NCBI GenBank assembly: GCA_964012805.1
Contig: CAXGUD010000012.1
Location: 1 to 64,000 of the forward strand
Reading direction: 5' to 3'
DNA length: 64,000 bases
Source: an uncultured Bacteriovoracaceae bacterium
Lineage (GTDB): Bacteria; Bdellovibrionota; Bacteriovoracia; Bacteriovoracales; Bacteriovoracaceae
The notes below the pieces were generated by a model. That model made no database searches. It was not told the DNA's origin and saw only the letters and a program-made list of their open reading frames with translations. This document shows positions 57,768-64,000 of this stretch, one piece after another. The position numbers and the translations under genes are program-made. Every line of letters starts with the position of its first letter. Position 1 is the first letter of the stretch.

Positions 57768-58667
57768 ATGAGAGTCATTTTCACTATTTTAATCTGTTTT
57801 TCTTTGGGTAATCTTAATTATTATCTCTTTTTCCAAGATGATTCATCAATTAAAGGGACTATAAAAGACCTGACATCTAGAAATTCTGAAAAAATTGATA
57901 AATCAATCGATAGGATAAAGGATAATACATCTAAGCTTGATCAAAAAGCGTCTCTTCAAAGTGGATCTCAAAAAAAAGCGAAGGATAAGGCTTTAGTTAC
58001 CCAAAGTAAAAGTGAAAAAAAACAAGCTAGTGTACTTGACGAAAAAACGAATAGGAAAAAGTTCTTAGAAGAACAATTTGTAAAAGAATCTATTACTAGC
58101 GAAGATAATAATCCTTTTTTTGGCGAAAGAAATTTATTAGAAGATTTGGATAATGGCCTTGATGAAAACAAAAAACTAAAGGTTAAAAAAAGAAGAATAA
58201 AAATTAAAAAACGTTTGGAGCATCTTTTTTCAGAAAAAACATATCCTTGGGTGAAAAGAATAAGCTCTTTAAAAGGGATAGAGTCTCCCAGAAACTCTCT
58301 TGAATTTTATCCATGGGGTTTTTGGCGAGGACAATACCTAAGCTCAGATGGATTCATGAGGTCAATAACCCTAAAGATAAATAGAAAAAGTCATGAATTA
58401 AAAGACCTTGCAAAACTCAATATGAAGGTAGGGAAGGGAAAAAAACTTCATTTGGCAATTTTAAAGAATTTTCCATTAAAAACATCTGAAAATGAGGGTT
58501 TTTTAAATAAATTTCATTACTTTTCTTTTTCAATTGATAAAGAAATCCGTTTAATTCTTTTTAAGAGAAAAAAGCAAAAGAATTTTATGGGCTTGATAAA
58601 GCTGAGAAGAAAAAAGGAATGGGTCACCTTTGCAACTTTCAGGCTAAAAAAAATTATTAGGAAGTAA
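57768..58667 (+). CDS. Hypothetical basic membrane-anchored or exported protein
   Basis: N-terminal hydrophobic segment, about 300-aa ORF. Confidence 0.65.
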   Translation: MRVIFTILICFSLGNLNYYLFFQDDSSIKGTIKDLTSRNSEKIDKSIDRIKDNTSKLDQKASLQSGSQKKAKDKALVTQSKSEKKQASVLDEKTNRKKFLEEQFVKESITSEDNNPFFGERNLLEDLDNGLDENKKLKVKKRRIKIKKRLEHLFSEKTYPWVKRISSLKGIESPRNSLEFYPWGFWRGQYLSSDGFMRSITLKINRKSHELKDLAKLNMKVGKGKKLHLAILKNFPLKTSENEGFLNKFHYFSFSIDKEIRLILFKRKKQKNFMGLIKLRRKKEWVTFATFRLKKIIRK

Positions 58668-59048
58668 AACTTTATAATTTCTATTACTTTACTATTGTTC
58701 AAAACCTCTTTTATTTTCTATTATTAAATATTACTGATTTTATTCATTTAAATAGAGGAATGAGCGTAAATACAGAGACTTTAAATTTGTTTAAATCAGT
58801 TAGTATTCTATTGTTTGTTATTATTTAAAAAGAGTCTAATTTAAAATTATAAATATTTACTTTCACTTCATTTCTTAGTGTTTCTAGGAAATTGTCATTA
58901 AAAAAAATCTATACTTCTTCAAAATTTATTTAATTATTTTGAAAACAATAAAATTATTGGTTTATTTTTTTTTTATTTTTTATAACTAAAAATTGAAAAT
59001 GCTTTAGAATGTATAGAAAAATAGAGACTCTCTTTATGGAGGTTAAAG

Positions 59049-61175
59049 ATGAATTTTAGATTTCTGTCGATTTTCCTTTCTATGATTTTAAGTACTAATC
59101 TCTTTTCTTTTCCTTCCTATATGAAAAGGGATGTCGATGCCTTTTTAAAGCTTAAAAAGCAAATTAAAAAGGAAGTTAAGAAATTTAACAAGGAAACAAA
59201 ATTCACCATAAAGTCATCAATGTTTGGCGGCTCAAGTAAGAAATATAATTTTTATCAAAATGTGGTACCAAATTATTGCCAGTTTGGTATTGAACAACAG
59301 GTTCATGAATCGAAAAACTCCATCTTTAGAACAAAAGATGGAAAAGGTATTGTAAACAGAAGCGGGCCTGTAGATATCGGTGATGACCTGGATATGTTCA
59401 CCAAGGATTATAATCCAAGAAAGAACTTGGGTTACTCAATAAGGTTTAATAATTATTTGGGCAAAACAAATCCTTTAACCCTTAATTATAAAAGTAAATC
59501 TGAAAGAGATAAGGTCAAAGATGCACTGAATGTTGTTCAGAGGCTTTGTAGAGACAAGAAAAGAAGGCTTAGGAACCTAATTTCAGCTGGAGTTGATCCC
59601 GTGGAAGTAGGGGAACTTGGTAAGTTGAAAAAGGGTGAAAAGAGTCAAGGTTATAACAGGAACCCTTATGATCTCTCAAAATTTAGTGGGAAAGGCTTCA
59701 AAAATAATCCTGCTATGACTATTCCAACTTCAAGTAAGTTTGGTCCTTTCCCTTACAGAACAAGTGGACAGGATCTTGTGACAGTTGGAGCGCTTGGAGG
59801 AGAAAGATCATTTATTAGAAGAATTGCCATTTCACAACAGGCCAAAAAATCAATTGATATTTTAAACTTACAATTTATGGCCGATGAAATCGGAATGGTC
59901 TTAGGAGAAATTTTAATCAATAAAAGAAAGCAAGGAGTCAATGTAAGACTTTATATTGATGCTTTTTCGGTTTTTGTTGATGGAAGGGATGCGATCGCTC
60001 AAGGGAATTCTTATATTCTCTATAGAAATATGATGGCCCATGGAATTCCTGTTTATGGTTTCCAGTGTGATTCTAAGTGGAGACTCCTAAAGCAAGAATG
60101 GGACAATACCAAGAAAATTAAGGGGCGTTCCTGGATGCATAGGTTCCATGAGAAAATATGGATTGCTGATGGAGAAGTAGCAATTGTTGGAGGTGCCAAT
60201 ATTACCGCTTCTTACCACATGGTTTACCCCAATGGGCGTTTGAGATGGAGGGATATGGATGTCGAAATGACAGGAAGAAAAACAATTAAGGATTTGACCA
60301 ATAGGATAGATGAAAAGGTTAAGCTTTATAATAGAGACTTTCCTGATCCAACTAAAATGAAGTGTTTTAATAAATATCCAGTTGGTACAGTTAAGTGGAA
60401 AAACTTTGCTAAGAACGAAAGTAAAAAGTATATTCCTTTTGGGTCAGGTAAAATAAGTAAGGACCAAGACTTTGCCATGAAGTATGTCAAAAAATTAACG
60501 AAAGGAGATTTTAACCTTGAAGGTAAAAAGTGGAAATTGAGAAAGGTTAGGACAAAGGGCTCGAGAGTTGTTTTCTCGAGACCAAAGTTTGGAGAACTTT
60601 ACCTTGAGCAGGTTTACATAGACCTGATCAATAAGTCTAAGTATGAAATCCTCTTAGAAAACTCTTATTTTATTCCCTCACAGCCACTTTTAGACGCCTT
60701 AATTAAGGCCTCTCAAAGAGGTGTAAAAATTAAAATTTTGACTAATGGTCCTGAAACAAACGAACCACCTATGGTCATGACTCCGCTAGCGAGGTTCTAT
60801 TACAAGGACCTCATGGACGTAAATCAAGGGAATAAAAGGCATGAAGCAGAGATTTATGAGTGGAATGGTCGTTATAAAAACGGTAAAGATATCCATTTTG
60901 GAATGGTCCACTCTAAGTTTGCTGTTTTCGATAGGCAAATTACACTTATTGGATCTTATAACTTTGATAATGTAAGTAGGGACTTTAATGAAGAGTTGGC
61001 AATTCTTTATGATGGAACAGATTTGGCGCTTTTTATTGCTAAAAGGTTCTATGAATATGATTTGAATTACACGGAAAGGATTAAATACAAGGATGCATTA
61101 AAATATAAGAAGCCAAGGAATTTTGGTCAACAGATGATTTTAAAAATGCTTAGAAAGATGGAAAGTAGGATTTAG
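59049..61175 (+). CDS. Secreted phospholipase D-superfamily protein (two HKD motifs)
   Basis: Signal peptide; HEKIWIAD..GGAN and HSKFAVFD..GSYN; GGAGG RBS. Confidence 0.9.
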   Translation: MNFRFLSIFLSMILSTNLFSFPSYMKRDVDAFLKLKKQIKKEVKKFNKETKFTIKSSMFGGSSKKYNFYQNVVPNYCQFGIEQQVHESKNSIFRTKDGKGIVNRSGPVDIGDDLDMFTKDYNPRKNLGYSIRFNNYLGKTNPLTLNYKSKSERDKVKDALNVVQRLCRDKKRRLRNLISAGVDPVEVGELGKLKKGEKSQGYNRNPYDLSKFSGKGFKNNPAMTIPTSSKFGPFPYRTSGQDLVTVGALGGERSFIRRIAISQQAKKSIDILNLQFMADEIGMVLGEILINKRKQGVNVRLYIDAFSVFVDGRDAIAQGNSYILYRNMMAHGIPVYGFQCDSKWRLLKQEWDNTKKIKGRSWMHRFHEKIWIADGEVAIVGGANITASYHMVYPNGRLRWRDMDVEMTGRKTIKDLTNRIDEKVKLYNRDFPDPTKMKCFNKYPVGTVKWKNFAKNESKKYIPFGSGKISKDQDFAMKYVKKLTKGDFNLEGKKWKLRKVRTKGSRVVFSRPKFGELYLEQVYIDLINKSKYEILLENSYFIPSQPLLDALIKASQRGVKIKILTNGPETNEPPMVMTPLARFYYKDLMDVNQGNKRHEAEIYEWNGRYKNGKDIHFGMVHSKFAVFDRQITLIGSYNFDNVSRDFNEELAILYDGTDLALFIAKRFYEYDLNYTERIKYKDALKYKKPRNFGQQMILKMLRKMESRI

Positions 61176-61201
61176 AAGAATCTTCCTTTAAAAATGGACT
61201 C

Positions 61202-61232
61202 AAGGGCCGCCTCTATGGTGGCCCTTTTTTTT
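61202..61232 (+). terminator. Intrinsic terminator
   Basis: AAGGGCCGCC-loop-GGTGGCCC followed by T8. Confidence 0.85.
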
Positions 61233-61245
61233 GACTTTTGTCACT

Positions 61246-61824
61246 TTAAGGTAGCGGAAAACCTGACTTTCTTAGAAACTCACACAATTTAATAAGGGGG
61301 AGACCAATGATTCCTGTTGAGTCATCCACATCAATACTTTCAAAAAGGGAGACTCCAAGAGACTCAAGCTTGTATGAGCCTGCACAGTCAAATGGCTTAT
61401 CGTAATCGACATAGCGGATAATGGCTTCTTTATCCAATGCTCTCATTTTCATCTTCGCTATTGAAGTAAAGAGAAGCTCTTCATCTTCTTCAGCAATACA
61501 CACAGCTGTAATCAATGTGTGCTCTCTACCTTGCATTTCAAGAAGTTGTGTAATGGCTTTTTCTCGTTCACCAGGTTTGCCTAAAAGTTTTCCTTCAAGG
61601 TTGAGGACCTGATCGCTTCCAATAGAAATTTCATTTAAGTCTCTAAGTGCCCTTTTCGCCTTTAATTTCGCAAGCTCCTCTGCAACTTTTCTTGGTTCCT
61701 CAATACTTTCTTTTATGAATTCTTCATTCACACCAGGGTCACGGGTTTCAAAAGGGATATTGAGTCTTTCAAGGAGCTCTTTTCTATAAGAGCTTGTGCT
61801 TGCTAAAATAAGTTTCTTTTCCAT
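61246..61824 (-). CDS. maf: Maf family nucleotide pyrophosphatase (YceF-like)
   Basis: LILASTS.YR, GSDQV, GKP, CAGSYKLE, IIGLP. Confidence 0.92.
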   Translation of the reverse strand: MEKKLILASTSSYRKELLERLNIPFETRDPGVNEEFIKESIEEPRKVAEELAKLKAKRALRDLNEISIGSDQVLNLEGKLLGKPGEREKAITQLLEMQGREHTLITAVCIAEEDEELLFTSIAKMKMRALDKEAIIRYVDYDKPFDCAGSYKLESLGVSLFESIDVDDSTGIIGLPLIKLCEFLRKSGFPLP

Positions 61825-61918
61825 TCCTACTTAAAACATTTTTTGATTTATATTTCAATGAAAAATTATTTTATGTGATAAAGTTTTAGAGAAAAGAATA
61901 TCTGTGTTGTTTAACTAC

Positions 61919-62359
61919 TCAAAGAGGGCCTTTAATAAAAAATTGGTTCACTTCCCGGAAGGCTTCACTTATTGATTTTTCGAATTTTAATTTATGGGGA
62001 GTTGACTCTTTGGGCTTTTTACCAACATAAGCGTTAAGACATTTGTCTAGCCTTTTTAAATAAGCAAAGGTACTGGCCCCTTCTTCTACTGTTAGGTAGC
62101 ATTTACTGGCCTCAAGAAAATCCTTAACTCCACCTTTTTTCTTTAGAACATTAAAAGCTACTTTTCTTGCAGGTTTGATAAGTGACTGTGGAGGTTGAAT
62201 TTTTGTGAGCTTAAAATAGGAGTAAAGAACAGAAGTTGCATAGTTCTTGCACATCAGTGTTTCAAGTTCCTCAAGTTTTGTTTTCGCGTTAGAAAGAGTC
62301 GAATGAAGGGTAAAGGTCAAAAGAGTTACTTTAAATGATAGGACGAAAAATATCTTCAT
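61919..62359 (-). CDS. Small secreted hypothetical protein
   Basis: MKIFF...SNA signal peptide, three Cys; TAAG-N15-ACCGATAA sigma28-like site at 62494-62520. Confidence 0.6.
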   Translation of the reverse strand: MKIFFVLSFKVTLLTFTLHSTLSNAKTKLEELETLMCKNYATSVLYSYFKLTKIQPPQSLIKPARKVAFNVLKKKGGVKDFLEASKCYLTVEEGASTFAYLKRLDKCLNAYVGKKPKESTPHKLKFEKSISEAFREVNQFFIKGPL

Positions 62360-62701
62360 TGAAATTACCCTAAGATTTAATTTTATGGAAATAAAAGAGA
62401 TTTTCGCAAAGCTAAAATAAACTTTTAGCCTTTTTTGCATTCCTCGTTAAGCTTGCGATTTAAAATTTTTTCTTAATTTTCTCAGCTATTCACTTATCGG
62501 TTAAAGAAACAGAGAGCTTATCTTTAAATTCACTTTTTCAAATAACGAAAACTAAGTGGATTCTTAGCGCCTTTTTGAGACAAAGTTTAGTCGGGTTGTG
62601 AATAGGCTACCATGTGTAGTCCTTTTCTTGTATCATTCGAGAAATGAAGTTGACTGGTTGGGTCAGGCAAGTGACCAAATAAAATAATCATAAGGTCCTA
62701 A

Positions 62702-64000
62702 ATGAAAGCAAAAGAAAAAAGTGGAAGGAAATCAGGTAGTTATGAAGATTCTTTAAAGAATCGGGAAGAAGGGTTCCGCGATATTGTTAAGGAATTAGGG
62801 CATATCCACGTTGTAGGTGCCAAAGAACACAATCTAAAAAATATTGAAGTCAAAATACCCAAAAAAAAGCTCGTTATTATAACCGGGGTTTCCGGTTCGG
62901 GGAAGTCTTCCCTTGCCTTCGATACAGTTTATGCTGAGGGACAGCGTCGCTATGTTGAATCCCTTTCTAGCTATGCAAGACAGTTTTTGGGCCAAATGGA
63001 AAAACCAAAGTTTGATACCATAAAAGGGCTTTCTCCTACCATTGCTATTGAACAAAAAGCTGCTAGTAAAAACCCTAGGTCTACTGTTGGAACAATAACT
63101 GAAGTTTATGATTATTTAAGAGTCCTCTTTGCTCGATTAGGCACTCAGTTTTGTCATAGCTGTGGAAAAGAAGTTGGACGTGGCGATGCCATGAGTATGG
63201 TTAGTCAAATATTAAAAATTCCTGAATCGACTAAGGTTATTCTTCTAGCACCGGTCATTGAAAATAGGAAGGGTGAGCACAAGGAGATTCTCGAGGGTTT
63301 TAAGAAAGAAGGATATAGAAGAGTCCGCATTGACGGAATAGTTCGCGATATAGAAGATGTTCAAAGCCTTGCCAAAAACAAAAAGCATAATATTGAGGTG
63401 GTCATTGACCGTCTCAAAATAAAAAAAGATAAGGCCTTTCAAAAAAGGCTCACTGATTCGGTTGAGCAGTCTTTAAAGGTAGGTCATGGACAGATTTTTA
63501 TTCATATAGAGGGGAGAGAAGACCTTAAAATGAGTGAGGCCCGCTCCTGCTGTGGTCATGCCTTTCCAGAACTCATACCTCAACTTTTTTCTTTTAATTC
63601 CCCAACGGGAATGTGCGAGGATTGCCATGGACTGGGGACTGTTATTGATATAGACATTGACAAAGTGGTTCCCAACGAAAATTTATCCATCAGCGAAGGT
63701 GCCGTCAGGCCTTGGGATAATTATTTTGATAGTGATGGATCAAAGAAGGAGCTCTCCTGGGGACTCGCCAGAATAGAGGCCATGGAGGATGCTTGGGGAT
63801 TAGACCTTAATTGTCCTTGGAAAAAGATTCCCAAAAAAATAAAGGAAAGAATCCTCTATGGTTGTGAGGATCCTCGCTATCAACTGACCATGCAGTGGTT
63901 TGGAGAGAGTGGAGAAGGTCAGTGGAACACTCATTATGAAGGACTTATTCCCAGGCTTATGAGGCTTTACCTGAAACATAAAAGTGATGGGCGTAGGTCT
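62702..64000 (+). CDS. uvrA: Excinuclease ABC subunit A (5' part, runs off window; absent from ORF track)
   Basis: Manual translation: GAKEHNLKNI, ITGVSGSGKSSLAFDTVYAEGQRRYVESLSSYARQFLGQMEKP, FSFNSP.G.C..C.G.G. Confidence 0.97.
   Translation, partial: MKAKEKSGRKSGSYEDSLKNREEGFRDIVKELGHIHVVGAKEHNLKNIEVKIPKKKLVIITGVSGSGKSSLAFDTVYAEGQRRYVESLSSYARQFLGQMEKPKFDTIKGLSPTIAIEQKAASKNPRSTVGTITEVYDYLRVLFARLGTQFCHSCGKEVGRGDAMSMVSQILKIPESTKVILLAPVIENRKGEHKEILEGFKKEGYRRVRIDGIVRDIEDVQSLAKNKKHNIEVVIDRLKIKKDKAFQKRLTDSVEQSLKVGHGQIFIHIEGREDLKMSEARSCCGHAFPELIPQLFSFNSPTGMCEDCHGLGTVIDIDIDKVVPNENLSISEGAVRPWDNYFDSDGSKKELSWGLARIEAMEDAWGLDLNCPWKKIPKKIKERILYGCEDPRYQLTMQWFGESGEGQWNTHYEGLIPRLMRLYLKHKSDGRRS

Noticed and set aside
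1..64000. CRISPR arrays, IS elements, prophage, tRNA/rRNA, defence systems
   Set aside because: No spaced repeats, transposase, integrase or phage genes, or stable-RNA signatures seen by eye

Overview
AT-rich bacterial chromosomal window with about 54 protein-coding genes or gene remnants. I saw no rRNA, tRNA, CRISPR array or mobile element. Gene content suggests a Bdellovibrionota (Bacteriovoracales-like) predator: many secreted hydrolases, sigma28-like promoters and CheA-like membrane kinases. That taxonomy is inference only. Two stand-out systems. (1) A 0.6-10.1 kb purine-catabolism cluster: PuuD urate hydroxylase, an unusual beta-lactamase-fold serine hydrolase fused to allantoicase, a lone degenerate half-allantoicase, two class V aminotransferases and a divergent malate synthase. 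No recognisable allantoinase or ureidoglycolate lyase lies in the window, so the fused hydrolase is a candidate new allantoinase. (2) Five paralogous membrane receptors sharing one PAS-like core. They combine two inputs (7TM-DISM or 2TM-HAMP) with two outputs (Hpt plus CheA-type kinase without CheW, or a kinase-less domain that looks like His-less Hpt repeats). Also noted: a 56-aa ORF missed by the ORF track carrying a QLDLF sliding-clamp motif, FliA-like promoters placed for leaderless transcripts, a catalytically degenerate MlaF, a plant-NIP-like aquaporin, a secreted PD-(D/E)XK nuclease candidate, two pseudogenes and a partial uvrA at the right edge. All calls come from motif reading, without database searches.
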